DNA of 55,939 nt from Deinococcales bacterium (GTDB lineage Bacteria; Deinococcota; Deinococci; Deinococcales; JAAFIG01). Location of the stretch: assembly GCA_043778225.1 (NCBI GenBank), contig JAYWGM010000002.1:1-55939 (forward strand). Direction: 5' to 3'. A program made the translations under genes and the position numbers. The notes beneath the pieces are model-generated. The model was not told the DNA's origin. It did not search any database and worked only from the letters and a program-made list of their open reading frames with translations. Within the stretch, counting starts at the first letter, position 1, and each line of letters opens with the position of its first letter. Positions 18,128-29,499 of the stretch are shown piece by piece.

Positions 18128-18814
18128 ATGTCTGAGCGTTTACAAAAACTTCTTGCCAAAGCTGGTATCGCCTCACGGCGGGCAGCCGAAAAAATGCTGC
18201 TCGAGGGTCGGGTGACGGTCAATGGCGTGGTCGCCACCCTTGGGCAGTCGGCACTCGAGACCGACAATATAGAAGCCGATGGCAAAAAGCTCGAGTTTTT
18301 AAGTCAACACGTTTCTTTTGCGCTCTATAAACCACGTGGGGTCGTGACCAGTGCTGCCGATGAACTTGGGCGGCAGGGGGTTCTCGAGCTTGTGCCAAAA
18401 GTGGCTGGTTTACATCCTGTTGGGCGTTTGGACAGGGCTTCAGAAGGCTTGCTGATTCTGACCACCGACGGGGCGTTGACACTCGAATTGACCCACCCGC
18501 GTTATCACCACGAAAAAGAGTACCGTGTTTGGACTGACCCAACCCCCAGCACTGAACAACTCGAGGCGCTCTGGAAAGGCGTTATGCTCGAGGATGGAAT
18601 GGCGCTGCCTTATGGGTTATTTGATGCTAAAGATGGCTTGCGAATGGTGCTGCTCGAGGGGCGCAAGCACCAAGTACGGCGGATGGTCTCGGCGGTTGGT
18701 CTCGAGGTGCTGCGTTTAATGCGGACTCGTATTGGGGCTTTACAGATTCATGATTTGCGCCCCGGCGAGTGGCGCGAATTGAACGCTGCCGACTTAACAG
18801 CTTTGAAGGCTTAA
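18128..18814 (+). CDS. rluB: RsuA/RluB-family pseudouridine synthase
   Basis: ERLQKLLAKAGIASRR S4 domain, VGRLD, EGRKHQVRRM. Confidence 0.88.
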   Translation: MSERLQKLLAKAGIASRRAAEKMLLEGRVTVNGVVATLGQSALETDNIEADGKKLEFLSQHVSFALYKPRGVVTSAADELGRQGVLELVPKVAGLHPVGRLDRASEGLLILTTDGALTLELTHPRYHHEKEYRVWTDPTPSTEQLEALWKGVMLEDGMALPYGLFDAKDGLRMVLLEGRKHQVRRMVSAVGLEVLRLMRTRIGALQIHDLRPGEWRELNAADLTALKA

Positions 18815-18920
18815 AAAAAAGTCTTTATTTTGTTGCTCCCTTGGCTGTTGTGCAAGACCCATGCCGAGTTCTTGTGCAATACCTCATGCAGAAAGCTGAG
18901 AAATACTTTACACTGTACTC

Positions 18921-19967
18921 ATGAAGCGACTTTTGTCCGTCCTGCTCGTTGGTGCTGCCGCTCTGGCGCAAGATAAAGCGTCCTACACAGTCTCCGACAT
19001 CGTGCTGCTGGGTTTAGGTGAGCGCCATGTGGTCTTCTATGACCAAGACAATACCTTTAAGCGCAAGCTCGAAGGGGTGGTATCGGGGCGCACCCAGAGC
19101 CTTGAAGTCCAAAAAGCTACTTTGGATACCCGAGGTTTTCAGGTCAATGGGGCATTGGATGTCAACGGCAATGGCAGTTGGCAAATTCCAGTCTCGAGTA
19201 ACTTGCCCGCTTTTAGTGCCAAACGCTTTGGCGAACGCCTGACGATTAAAGCCAACACCGATTTGCGTTCCTTGTACCTTTGGGATGGTAAAAGTTGGTT
19301 TACAGTTCTCGAGAAGTTAAGCGCTGGACAACAAATCAACACCTTGCCAATGGCTCGAGATGGTTTATTGGGAGCGGGCAGCCTTTGGAAAGACGAAGCC
19401 GCATCTTTGGAGGGCTACCTTAAATCGCGTGGTGCATTTTTGATTGCGACTTTGCCAGACTCGAGCCTAGACGGCAACGAAACCAGTTTTAACCCAACCC
19501 CAAGCAATTTGCGCCGCTCGGTCTTGGCAGTTCAATTTGGCTACGAAGGAATGTGGCTGCAACAAAATGCGCCAACGCCGCTCAATCCAGTTTTGGATGT
19601 GACCGCCAGTGGTGCATTCAGTACCCACCGCGACCAAGACTTTTTTGCCAGAGTGGACAGCACCGCCGACGATTACGCTCGCACTTGGCAAATCGCCCTT
19701 GGTGGACAAACACCATTGCCACCAACACCCAAAATAGATTTTTTCAATCGCCGTATGGTCACGGTTTTTTTAGGGCGTAAGCCAACCACTGGCTATAGCC
19801 TTGGTTATAAGAGTGCGTTGTTTGAGCGCGGCGTTTTACGAATCACGCTCGAGTTACGCCAACCAAGCGGCAACAATTTTAGCAACACCCCAACCAGCCC
19901 ATTTATCATGCTCGAGGTAGCAGCGCAAGAAATTAGTGCAGTGCGGCTCGAGTTGGTCAAGCCTTAA
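18921..19967 (+). CDS. Exported protein with PrcB C-terminal-like domain
   Basis: Signal peptide; IDF...MV.VFLG.KPT.GY motif; TACACT-N6-ATG. Confidence 0.7.
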   Translation: MKRLLSVLLVGAAALAQDKASYTVSDIVLLGLGERHVVFYDQDNTFKRKLEGVVSGRTQSLEVQKATLDTRGFQVNGALDVNGNGSWQIPVSSNLPAFSAKRFGERLTIKANTDLRSLYLWDGKSWFTVLEKLSAGQQINTLPMARDGLLGAGSLWKDEAASLEGYLKSRGAFLIATLPDSSLDGNETSFNPTPSNLRRSVLAVQFGYEGMWLQQNAPTPLNPVLDVTASGAFSTHRDQDFFARVDSTADDYARTWQIALGGQTPLPPTPKIDFFNRRMVTVFLGRKPTTGYSLGYKSALFERGVLRITLELRQPSGNNFSNTPTSPFIMLEVAAQEISAVRLELVKP

Positions 19968-20006
19968 AGTTATTGGGCTTTGAGAAAAATCGAATTAAAT
20001 AGCAAT

Positions 20007-20043
20007 AAAAAACTCGAGGTTAGGTAAACCTCGAGTTTTTTTT
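20007..20043. terminator. Bidirectional intrinsic terminator
   Basis: AAAAAACTCGAGGTT-loop-AACCTCGAGTTTTTT between convergent genes. Confidence 0.85.
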
Positions 20044-20063
20044 CTCATTGCTTGAGCCAGACT

Positions 20064-23000
20064 TTACTCGGTGCTGACACTGGCATCCACTTGTTGATTA
20101 GCCGGTACTACCATTCTAAAGTGGGCAGCTGGGTCCACCAGCAACTCCGCCACGCGCCGCGCCGCATCGGTTTGTTCGCTCGAGACCAGCGCCTTGTGGT
20201 ATTCCCCAAGCATTTCACGGATGTCGGTAACGCCGCGTTCACCAAGTTTATGAATTTTGACGTTTGCCCCTTTGGCAAGGCGACGACTGTGGGCGGTATC
20301 GTCTAAGCCCATGCTTGGTTGGTAGCGCAAATAGACCACCCCGCCAGTCATGCCGCTACAAATCCATGGACCGGGGTCGCCCAGTACCACCACCCGCCCG
20401 TTGGTCATGTATTCAAACGCAAAACCCTTGGCATTGGCTCGAGCCGCCAGCATCCCTAGCGCATCCTCGAGTGGTTTTTTGATTTCGCCACCCAAGACCA
20501 CATCTGCCCCAGATAAACGAATGCAAAAACGGCTGTCGGCGTTGCCCTGAATAAAGAATTTGCCGCCAATTGCGCCATAGCCAAAACTCTTGCCGACACT
20601 GCCATCCACCCGCACACCTTGGTCGTTTAAGCCTTTCATAACCACCACTTTGCCACCAAAACTGCCCTTGCCGACACCATCTTGTGCGCCACCATCCACC
20701 AGAATCTCGAGTTGAGCGGTGTTAAAAGCCGCCAAGCCATTGCCAGGAATACTGCCGCCGTCAAAGTAGAGTTTGGCTTTCTCGAGTTTCATGCCTTTAT
20801 CGTTTTTGCGTCTCGATAACTCGCCAGCTAAGTGCGTGCCTAAAGCGCGGTCAGCACTGGCAACCGGTCCATCTTGGTAGGTCAGCACAGATTCGCCAGC
20901 AGTGGCGGCATCCACCATCCAACTCGAGAGCATTCGGGTCATCGAGTTAAGCGGCTTACGAATCACTCGTTCGGTTTTTGGCAAGGCAAGCGGTTCGACT
21001 TCCTCCAGCAAATAGCTTAAATCAAGTTTGTCTTTACCCATAAAATGCCCAAGGTGCTGGACTTGTCCAATCATGTCCTCGAGCCGTTCGTAGCCAAGCG
21101 TAGCGACCATGGCGCGGAGTTCGGATGCCATGCCCGTAAAAAAGCGGGTCAGGTTCTCGACGGCTTTATCGAATTCTCGAGGCACAAAGCGCTTCATACC
21201 TTTGTGGTCAGCTTCCTCTTGGGTTTCGACTTGGGTCGCAATACCCACATGGCAGGTGTCCAACTGGCAACCTCGGCAGATGGTACAGCCAATCGCCGCC
21301 ATCGAAACTGTGCCAAAACCGACGCGGTTTGCGCCAAGGCAGACCATTTTGACGACATCCAGCGCCGTTTTCATGCCACCATCCACCCAAAGTTCCACAC
21401 GGTCGCGGATGCCAGCCATGACCAAAGCGCGGTGGGCGCGGCGCAAGCCAATCTCGGCTGGGAAACCCGCGTACTTGAGGGCGTGCGCCCTTGCCGCGCC
21501 AGTCCCACCCTCAAAGCCCGAGAGGGTAATGATGTCCGCCCCAGCTTTGGCAATCCCGACCGCAATTGTGCCAATGTCGGGAACAACTGGCACTTTGACA
21601 CAGACTTTGGCATAGGGGTTAATGGTTTTGAGTTCTTCGATTAACTGCGCCAAATCTTCGATGCTGTAGAGGTCGTGGTTGTTGCTTGGGCTAATCAAAT
21701 CCACGCCTTGGGTAGCATGACGCGCCAGCGCAACTTTGGCGGTCACTTTAGAACCGGGCAGATGTCCGCCTTCGCCGGGTTTTGCGCCCTGTCCAATTTT
21801 AATTTCGATAAAAGCGCTCGAGTTCAGCATTTCGCTCGAGACCCCAAAGCGCCCAGAGGCGACTTGCTGCCCGCGCCAACGGGTGTACTGACCAATCATG
21901 TCGGCAATTTCGCCACCTTCGCCATTCATCGAAACCATATCAAGGCGCTTGGCGGCTTCGGGGTATGCCCGAAAAGCGGTTTCGCCCTGTGAGCCAAAGC
22001 TCATGGCACTTATCACAAACGGCAGGCGGTGCGAACCAGCGCTGATGTCCACTTCTTCGGCAGCCCGCATTTCGTCTTCGGTGGCGGGTCCAGATAAGCC
22101 TTTGACCTCGAGCAGATTGCGTGCCGCGACTGGAAACTCGAGTTCAAGCGCCCGAATTCTGCCGGTGTAATCGGTGGCGGCAATTTCGCCGTTGGCTGCG
22201 GCAGCCGCGTGTTTATAGACTCGGGTGTTCAATCGAGCATCGCGCTCTAAGTTGCTACCGCCCAGTGTCCAACGGTGGCGGCGGTCTTGCATCGTTTTCT
22301 CGAGGTCGGTCATGCCATAACCAGCATTCTCAGAAGCCAGAAAGCTCTTGATGCCCAGTTTATCGGCTAAGTCTGGTTTGAGACCAATGGCAGCAAAAAC
22401 CCGCCCATAGCCACGAAGCTCGTGAATCCCCATGGTGGACATGACTTTTTCGACCCCTTTGGTCAGGGCAGAAATAATTTTATCGGCAGATTGCTTATCT
22501 GCCCCCGAAAAAGCCGCCAGCAGTAACCACGGCTCGACTGCATCTGCGCCTAAGCCAAGCAGCATCATGATGTCGTGGAGGTTGCGAACCGAACCACTCG
22601 AGACAATCAGACTGGTTTGGCGGCGGTAAGCAATGCCATCGGAATTGAGGTTCTCGAGGGCTTTGTTGGCTTCGGCAACACATAAACTTGGGTCAAGCGG
22701 CATATGCCCAGAACGGTAGACCAGCCTGTCCTCGAGAATAATCAGTTCTGCGCCAGCGTGGGCGGCTTGCAGCACCTCGTCGCGCAGACGGTCAAGGGCT
22801 TTTTCGAGCGGTTCTGGGAAATTGTTGTCCACCCGTAACTCGAGTTTAATACGGGCAGTTTTAAGGTGACTCTCGATTTCTAAAAGCGTCATTGTGCCGT
22901 GTTTGGCAGCCGTTTCCGAATCGAGTGGAATAACGGGCGTGATTAACTCACAGATTTTCCCAGCAAATTTACCGTTGGGCAAAGCACGTTTACCCAAGAC

Positions 23001-24626
23001 CACGCGGGTGCTGAATTGTTCGATTTCACGCTCGCGGTCGATGGCGGGGTTGGTCACGACCGCCACGGTTTCTTTTAAGAATTCTGCCAAGTTGGGTTTG
23101 GGGTCGCGCAGAGCCGCAATCGGACCATCAAAACCAAGGCTCGAGATCGGTTCGTTGCCTTTTTCGGCTAAGGATTTGACATATTCTTCGTCCCATTTTT
23201 CCCAACCAAAAGCCGCCAAAGCGGCAGCGCTTGGCACATGAACTTCGGGGTCAAATTCTGGGACATTGCTCAGACGTTCAATCGGACCCGAAACGTGGGC
23301 TCGAGCGCCAACCACGACCGCACTGCGGTTATGAACCCGCTCGAGTAAAACGCGCTGGGCTTCAAAATGTGGCATTGGCTGGACACTATTTGGGCGGATG
23401 GTACAGAGCATTTTTTCGCCCGGTGCAAGTGGGCGTGGGTCGTTGACAAAAGCCCCCAATGGAATCACACCGCGCTCGGATGACCAAAAAAATTCTTTTT
23501 CGGATTCGCCAAACCAGAGTGGGCGCAAACCCAAAGCATCCACACTAAAAGCGCACTCGTTGCCAAAACGCATCACTAGCGCGGCAGGTCCTTGGGCGAG
23601 TGGTCCAAGCTGCTGGCGAAAACTCATGTAGGCATCTTGTAAGGCTGGGCTAAAAGTTTTGATTTCGCCCAAAACGGGCGGAAATGCCATCTCGAGACTT
23701 TCAAAAAGGCTGAGTCCTTGGTGGCAAATTAAGCCCTCGAGCAAGCGATTGAGGTCTTGGCTGTCCGAGCCGCCCGTCCTCGAGATACCCAGAAAATCGA
23801 GTTCGCGGCGCAAACGTTCAATCGTGTTGATTTCGCCGTTGTGACCAAGCAGCGTGAACGGCTGGACTTGCTCGAAGGTGGACATCGTGTTGGTGCTGTA
23901 GCGGTTATGCCCGATGGTGCAAACCGATTCAAAATCTGGGCGGCGCAGTTCTGGGTAATAACGATCTAAAATATCGGCTGCGCCACGCACCTTGTAAACA
24001 ACTGTATGCTGACTTAAAGACACCACATGAACCGGCAGGGCATCCTCGAGTTCAAGTGCTAAGTTGAAAAGGGCAGTGGCTCGAGCCGTTTCGGTCTCGC
24101 CAGCCACCACGCCAGCCACCTGGTAAAAAGCAGGTTCGGAAATCGCCGCGACTGGACCCAGCACACTGCCGTGGGTCTGACCGCGCCGCTCGAGAATTAC
24201 CCGAGTGCCAAATTTCATGGTGTTGGCACGAATGTGGTCAAGCACATCTCGAGGATTGACATTGACCGGAATAAATAAGTGCGCCACAAAAAAACCGCTT
24301 TCGTCCACGGTAGCAGCCTCTAAACCCGCCTCGAGCAACCAAGCCTTCCAGAGCTTTTTGGGAATATCGGTTTGGATACCGCAACCATCGCCTTCGCCAC
24401 GTACCTCGCCACTGCGGTGCGCCATTTGCGTCAGTGCCTCTAGCGCCCGTTTGACGTTGCCGTGACTTGGAAACCCAGTTTTACGGATTGTGCCAATTAC
24501 GCCGCAAGCATCTCGCCCGACCCCTTCGTGCAGTGCATTTGGAATCGTTTGGCGCAAACGCCTGCGCTCATGGGCGCGGTGCAGAGACTCGAGCTTGACT
24601 GGGCGCATGGCTGGTGTGAGTTTCAT
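20064..24626 (-). CDS. gltB: Glutamate synthase large subunit
   Basis: DACG glutaminase start, HNGEINT, SAMSFG, EIKIGQGAKPGEGGHLPG, CxxxxxCxxxxC; TTGACA-N18-TATGAT lies just upstream of ATG 24626. Confidence 0.95.
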   Translation of the reverse strand: MKLTPAMRPVKLESLHRAHERRRLRQTIPNALHEGVGRDACGVIGTIRKTGFPSHGNVKRALEALTQMAHRSGEVRGEGDGCGIQTDIPKKLWKAWLLEAGLEAATVDESGFFVAHLFIPVNVNPRDVLDHIRANTMKFGTRVILERRGQTHGSVLGPVAAISEPAFYQVAGVVAGETETARATALFNLALELEDALPVHVVSLSQHTVVYKVRGAADILDRYYPELRRPDFESVCTIGHNRYSTNTMSTFEQVQPFTLLGHNGEINTIERLRRELDFLGISRTGGSDSQDLNRLLEGLICHQGLSLFESLEMAFPPVLGEIKTFSPALQDAYMSFRQQLGPLAQGPAALVMRFGNECAFSVDALGLRPLWFGESEKEFFWSSERGVIPLGAFVNDPRPLAPGEKMLCTIRPNSVQPMPHFEAQRVLLERVHNRSAVVVGARAHVSGPIERLSNVPEFDPEVHVPSAAALAAFGWEKWDEEYVKSLAEKGNEPISSLGFDGPIAALRDPKPNLAEFLKETVAVVTNPAIDREREIEQFSTRVVLGKRALPNGKFAGKICELITPVIPLDSETAAKHGTMTLLEIESHLKTARIKLELRVDNNFPEPLEKALDRLRDEVLQAAHAGAELIILEDRLVYRSGHMPLDPSLCVAEANKALENLNSDGIAYRRQTSLIVSSGSVRNLHDIMMLLGLGADAVEPWLLLAAFSGADKQSADKIISALTKGVEKVMSTMGIHELRGYGRVFAAIGLKPDLADKLGIKSFLASENAGYGMTDLEKTMQDRRHRWTLGGSNLERDARLNTRVYKHAAAAANGEIAATDYTGRIRALELEFPVAARNLLEVKGLSGPATEDEMRAAEEVDISAGSHRLPFVISAMSFGSQGETAFRAYPEAAKRLDMVSMNGEGGEIADMIGQYTRWRGQQVASGRFGVSSEMLNSSAFIEIKIGQGAKPGEGGHLPGSKVTAKVALARHATQGVDLISPSNNHDLYSIEDLAQLIEELKTINPYAKVCVKVPVVPDIGTIAVGIAKAGADIITLSGFEGGTGAARAHALKYAGFPAEIGLRRAHRALVMAGIRDRVELWVDGGMKTALDVVKMVCLGANRVGFGTVSMAAIGCTICRGCQLDTCHVGIATQVETQEEADHKGMKRFVPREFDKAVENLTRFFTGMASELRAMVATLGYERLEDMIGQVQHLGHFMGKDKLDLSYLLEEVEPLALPKTERVIRKPLNSMTRMLSSWMVDAATAGESVLTYQDGPVASADRALGTHLAGELSRRKNDKGMKLEKAKLYFDGGSIPGNGLAAFNTAQLEILVDGGAQDGVGKGSFGGKVVVMKGLNDQGVRVDGSVGKSFGYGAIGGKFFIQGNADSRFCIRLSGADVVLGGEIKKPLEDALGMLAARANAKGFAFEYMTNGRVVVLGDPGPWICSGMTGGVVYLRYQPSMGLDDTAHSRRLAKGANVKIHKLGERGVTDIREMLGEYHKALVSSEQTDAARRVAELLVDPAAHFRMVVPANQQVDASVSTE

Positions 24627-24927
24627 ATGGCGCAAATCATAAATAACATTTGCTGGGATTGTCAAGAAAAAGAGAAGATTAAAGAGTGAATTTTTGGTTT
24701 ATAGAATAATTGTTATTTTTAATCTACATTTTACATAAAGAATTAAATCTCATTTTATCAAATAATAAAAACAATTGATAATATAATTGAAGATTTTTTG
24801 AATTAAAAATTTGTCTCGAGCAATGCACTGGTTTAAGCACAATCTACGTGCCAAAAATAAGCTGATGTGATAAACCCATGAGCGCTTGACCTTTGAAGCC
24901 ATACAGTTTACCGATACAATAAGCGCT

Positions 24928-26244
24928 ATGTTTGAAACCCTCGGAAATAAACTTCAAGACATCTTCGATAAACTGCGCCAACGCGGCAAACTGACCGAAA
25001 CCGATGTCAAAACCGCTTTGCGCGAAGTGCGCGTTGCCTTGCTCGAGGCAGATGTGAATTTTACGGTCGCCAAAGACTTTGTGGCTCGAGTCGGCGAAAA
25101 AGCCATCGGGCAAGAAGTTCTGGGTAGCCTCACGCCCGGGCAGCAAGTGATTAAAATTGTTTACGACGAACTGCGCGAAATGCTTGGCGGTGATGCCAGC
25201 CAGCCGCTCTTAAAAACCGATGGTAATGTTTGGTTTATGGTTGGTTTGCAGGGTGCGGGTAAAACCACAACCACCGGCAAACTGGCTTCATTTTATAAAT
25301 CCAAAGGTCGCCGTCCGCTTTTGGTGGCAGCCGATACCCAACGCCCTGCGGCTCGAGACCAATTAAAAGTGCTGGGCGCTCAAGTCGGTGTGCCAGTTCT
25401 CGAGGTTCAGGACAACGAAACCCCAGCCACAACCAAGGCGCGGCTCGAGGAATACCTCAAAACCAATTTTCACGACCTTGTGATTGTGGACACCGCCGGG
25501 CGACTGCAAATAGACCAAGACCTGATGCAGGCGCTTGCTGACTTAAAAACCCAGTTAAATCCAACCGAAACATTCTTGGTGGTGGATGCCATGACCGGAC
25601 AAGAAGCCTTAAATGTCTCGAGTGCCTTTGATGCCCAAATTGGAGTCTCGGGCTTAATCATGACCAAGCTCGATGGTGATGCGCGTGGTGGCGCGGCGTT
25701 GTCGGCTCGAAGCGTGACGGGTAAACCAATCATGTTTGCAGGTGTCTCAGAAAAAATTGGTGGACTCGAGCCATTCTATCCAGAGCGCGTGGCGCAAAGA
25801 ATTCTTGGTATGGGCGATGTGCTGACGCTAATCGAACGCGCCCAACAAGCCGATATTCAAGCCTTTGCGCCTAAAAAACCCAATGAATTTGACTTTGAAG
25901 ACTTACTCGAGCAACTTAAAAGCATTCAGAAAATGGGTCCAATTGGCGATTTGGTCAAGATGATTCCTGGTATGAGCCGAATGCTGCCCGCCGACCTGAA
26001 CGTGGACGACAAGCAATTTAAGCGCATCGAAGCGATGATTCAAAGCATGACGGTCAAAGAACGGCGCAATCCAAAAATGATTGACGGGCAGCGCCGTAAA
26101 CGAATTGCGGCGGGCAGTGGCAATACGGTGCAAGAACTCAACCGCTTGGTCAAAATGTATGACCAAATGAAAGACATGATGAAAATGATGCGTGGCTCTA
26201 AAGGACGCGGTTTGCAACAGATGATGGGGCGCTTCAAAGGCTAA
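24928..26244 (+). CDS. ffh: Signal recognition particle protein
   Basis: [24 protein letters not shown], Met-rich M domain; TACAAT-N7-ATG. Confidence 0.98.
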   Translation: MFETLGNKLQDIFDKLRQRGKLTETDVKTALREVRVALLEADVNFTVAKDFVARVGEKAIGQEVLGSLTPGQQVIKIVYDELREMLGGDASQPLLKTDGNVWFMVGLQGAGKTTTTGKLASFYKSKGRRPLLVAADTQRPAARDQLKVLGAQVGVPVLEVQDNETPATTKARLEEYLKTNFHDLVIVDTAGRLQIDQDLMQALADLKTQLNPTETFLVVDAMTGQEALNVSSAFDAQIGVSGLIMTKLDGDARGGAALSARSVTGKPIMFAGVSEKIGGLEPFYPERVAQRILGMGDVLTLIERAQQADIQAFAPKKPNEFDFEDLLEQLKSIQKMGPIGDLVKMIPGMSRMLPADLNVDDKQFKRIEAMIQSMTVKERRNPKMIDGQRRKRIAAGSGNTVQELNRLVKMYDQMKDMMKMMRGSKGRGLQQMMGRFKG

Positions 26245-26245
26245 A

Positions 26246-26581
26246 ATGACCGAATTAACGCTCGAGATTCTGCACACGGTTTTTATAGACCAAAAGCGCA
26301 TAGCCGATTTTACAACGACTAAACTTTTGCGTGAAATGCTGGCTGCCAATGCCAACGAAGAAGATTTGGTGGCGTTGATGTCTGATCGCTACTTATTCCA
26401 AGATAAAATCGAGGCAATTAAAGTTGCTCGAGAATTACTGAATTACACACCCGAACAAGGCTATTTGGGATTGACCAGTTCGTTACAACAACGATTTCAA
26501 TACGCATACACGCTAGAGCAAATTGGTCAGGTTGACGGCTTTGTAGAGCTATCTAGTGTAATATCTTTGCTTAATCCATGA
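26246..26581 (+). CDS. Hypothetical protein
   Basis: 111-aa ORF starting 1 nt after ffh stop. Confidence 0.6.
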   Translation: MTELTLEILHTVFIDQKRIADFTTTKLLREMLAANANEEDLVALMSDRYLFQDKIEAIKVARELLNYTPEQGYLGLTSSLQQRFQYAYTLEQIGQVDGFVELSSVISLLNP

Positions 26582-26733
26582 ATTGCTCAAGAAGAAGGAA
26601 GGGATTTTACCTTGTTTCTTATTCCAATTTGCTAAGCGCATGGTTTAGCAGCCTTTCGCAAGGGTATGTTGTAGGTACTTCTGCTGTGCTTTCGGGCGTT
26701 ATACTTACCCTCAAACACTTTTGGAGGTTTTTT

Positions 26734-28230
26734 ATGACAGAATTAAAACGCATCTCGAGTTGGGTCAATGGCGCAGCCCACCCGAGTTCTTCTGGGCGCA
26801 GTGGTAAGGTTTTTAATCCAGCCACTGGCGAACACAGCGCCAATGTGGATTTTTTATCGATCGAAGAAATAGATTTGGTGGTGGCGGCTTCTAAAGCAGC
26901 TTTTCCCGCGTGGCGTGCCACTGGTCTGAGCCGTCGTGCCGAAATTATGTTTCGTTTCCGTGAGTTAATAGATGCCAATAAAACCGAACTGGCTAAAATT
27001 ATTTCACTCGAGCATGGCAAAGTCCCGTCCGATGCGGCTGGTGAAATAGCCCGTGGTCTCGAGAATGTCGAATTTGCTTGTGGCATTCCCAATTTACTCA
27101 AGGGCGGCTACTCCGAGCAGGCTTCACGCGGCATAGATGTCTACAGTATTCGTCAGCCGCTCGGGGTCGTGGCGGGGATTACGCCATTTAATTTTCCTGC
27201 CATGGTTCCGCTTTGGATGATGGCAAATGCAATTGCTTGTGGCAATACGTTTATCTTAAAGCCATCGGAAAAAGACCCAAGTGCGGCGTTGTTTTTGGCG
27301 CACCTCCTCAAAGAAGCGGGGCTACCAGATGGTGTCTTGAACATTGTCCAAGGCGATGCTGTGGCGGTCAATCGAATTCTCGAGCATCCCGATATTAGCG
27401 CCGTCTCATTTGTTGGCAGCACCCCAATTGCCAAGCACATTTATGAAACCGGCACGCGCCACGGTAAACGGGTTCAGGCTTTGGGTGGCGCTAAAAACCA
27501 TATGCTGCTGCTGCCCGATGCCAACCTCGAGATGGCGGCGGATGCTGCCGTTAATGCCGCCTATGGCAGTGCTGGCGAACGCTGTATGGCAATCAGCATG
27601 GTCATTGCGGTGGGGAACATTGCCGATGAATTTATTGAAAAAGTCAAGGAACGTTTACCAAAAATTAAAGTCGGACCCGGCACCGACCCAACTGCCGAAA
27701 TGGGTCCGCTGATTACCAAAGAACACCGTGACCGTGTAGCAAGTTACCTCGAGAATGCGCCGCTTGAAGGCGCAACTTTGGTGGTGGATGGTCGCAAAGA
27801 TGTTGTGGCTGGCAATGGGTATTTCTTGGGTGTCAGCCTAATAGACCACTGCAAACCGGGCATGAAATGCTACGACGACGAGATTTTTGGACCTGTACTT
27901 GGTGTGACTCGAGTAGCCACGTACCAAGAGGGCTTAAAGCTGATTAACGACAACCAGTACGGCAATGGCACCGCTATTTTTACCCGCGACGGCGGGGCTG
28001 CACGGCAATTCCAGTACGAAGTCAATGTTGGCATGGTTGGTATTAACGTGCCAATTCCCGTGCCAGTCTCGTACTACAGTTTTGGCGGTTGGAAAGCCAG
28101 TCTATTTGGCGATACCCATATGTACGGACCTGAAGGGATTCAGTTTTATACCCGTGGCAAGGTCGTGACCAGCCGTTACCCAGACCCAAGCACCAGCAAA
28201 ATAGATTTAGGCTTTCCATTGAACAGATAG
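26734..28230 (+). CDS. mmsA: CoA-acylating (methyl)malonate-semialdehyde dehydrogenase
   Basis: ITPFNFPAMVP, FVGSTP, GGAKNH, AGERCMA; GGAGG RBS. Confidence 0.93.
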   Translation: MTELKRISSWVNGAAHPSSSGRSGKVFNPATGEHSANVDFLSIEEIDLVVAASKAAFPAWRATGLSRRAEIMFRFRELIDANKTELAKIISLEHGKVPSDAAGEIARGLENVEFACGIPNLLKGGYSEQASRGIDVYSIRQPLGVVAGITPFNFPAMVPLWMMANAIACGNTFILKPSEKDPSAALFLAHLLKEAGLPDGVLNIVQGDAVAVNRILEHPDISAVSFVGSTPIAKHIYETGTRHGKRVQALGGAKNHMLLLPDANLEMAADAAVNAAYGSAGERCMAISMVIAVGNIADEFIEKVKERLPKIKVGPGTDPTAEMGPLITKEHRDRVASYLENAPLEGATLVVDGRKDVVAGNGYFLGVSLIDHCKPGMKCYDDEIFGPVLGVTRVATYQEGLKLINDNQYGNGTAIFTRDGGAARQFQYEVNVGMVGINVPIPVPVSYYSFGGWKASLFGDTHMYGPEGIQFYTRGKVVTSRYPDPSTSKIDLGFPLNR

Positions 28231-28342
28231 GGTTAAAGGGTCAAAAGGTTAAAGAATTCAACTTTTAACTCTTTAACCTTTTTGTCTTTCTGGAGATTTG
28301 GCACTGTAAAACCTTAAAAGCTCAAGGATTTTCACACATTAC

Positions 28343-29272
28343 CTAAACCAGTGCAAAAAGTGGCTTTTGCACTGGTTCATGCTTTATGAACTCGAGCAAG
28401 CACCGCGCTACATAAGCTGCCAAGTTGACAGGTACGGCATTGCCAATTTGTTGTTCTAAAGCCGATTTTGTACCAATAAATTCAAAATTTAAGGGAAAAG
28501 TCTGAATTTGCGCTCGCTCTAACGTCGTCAGTGGACGCACATTGGCAAGCGACTTTACTGGGTCAGTTGGATGCAGTTGATAGGTGGCTGGAATTGGGCG
28601 ATTCACTCCGCGAATGGTTGGGCTAGGTTCGGCAATACTAAAAATTCCACGACGCGCATAAGAACGTGGATGACGATAATAAAACTCGAGTTCTAGGCGG
28701 CTTCCAAAGTAATCTTTGATGGTCATTGGTTTGGTGGCAAGCCCTGACAATAAAATCGGCTCGAGTGCGCGGTCAGTTCCACCCAATTGCCCAATTAAAA
28801 ACAATCTTTTGCGTCGTTGTGGTACACCACACAAACTTGCATCAAGAATTACGGTGCTTAAACCATAACCTCGAGCCTGAAAAATAGTTCGCGCCTCGGT
28901 AAAAGCCTTTGATTTAACAGCCAATTCAACATTTTCCATGATAAACCAAGTTGGCGCTAAACTTGTCACTATCTTAGCAAATTGAATCGTTAAATCAGCC
29001 CGTCCCAAATCTACATTTCGCTTGCCAGCACTCGAGAAATCCTGACACGGCGGACCCCCAATAATAATGTTTGGCGCAAATTGAGCCAGTCTTGAAAAGT
29101 CCTCGAGTTGACCCAAATCACATTCAAAAGCTGGATGCGAAAAATTTCTGGTATAGGTATCCAGAGCAGGTTTCCAATGGTCAAAAGCTGCCACAATTTC
29201 AAAACCTGCTTGCTGAAAACCAAACGATAAGCCACCGCAACCACAGAATAAATCTAAGGTGCGTAAGTTCAT
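28343..29272 (-). CDS. Orphan C5-cytosine DNA methyltransferase, M.HgiDI-like
   Basis: DLFCGCGG, GGPPCQDFS, ENV, QRRKR, GNAV; target-recognition region YYRHPRSY.RR.IFS..EPSPTIRGVNRP; no adjacent endonuclease. Confidence 0.9.
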   Translation of the reverse strand: MNLRTLDLFCGCGGLSFGFQQAGFEIVAAFDHWKPALDTYTRNFSHPAFECDLGQLEDFSRLAQFAPNIIIGGPPCQDFSSAGKRNVDLGRADLTIQFAKIVTSLAPTWFIMENVELAVKSKAFTEARTIFQARGYGLSTVILDASLCGVPQRRKRLFLIGQLGGTDRALEPILLSGLATKPMTIKDYFGSRLELEFYYRHPRSYARRGIFSIAEPSPTIRGVNRPIPATYQLHPTDPVKSLANVRPLTTLERAQIQTFPLNFEFIGTKSALEQQIGNAVPVNLAAYVARCLLEFIKHEPVQKPLFALV

Positions 29273-29499
29273 GGAAATAACCCTGGTGTGTTGACGATGA
29301 TTGCATCTAAGCGCCGCTCTGGACTTAAAAATAAATGTCCACCACCCAAAATAATTTCATGCAAGGCAATCTTTGGCACTCGAGGCTCGAGCAATTGCGA
29401 AGATTTCATATACGCATTGGTGAATGTTCTAAACCAAATAGGCTTGGTTTTGTCACAGTGGTCATGTGTACAGCTTACCTTTTCTAAACCAAATCTTAT

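Noticed and set aside
24660..24820. AT-rich stretch as replication origin or island
   Set aside because: No DnaA-box cluster seen; explained as the divergent gltB/ffh promoter region
28343..29272. Methyltransferase as the CTCGAG-cognate enzyme or part of an R-M pair
   Set aside because: Recognition region resembles GRCGYC enzymes; XhoI-type methylases are m6A enzymes; no endonuclease adjacent
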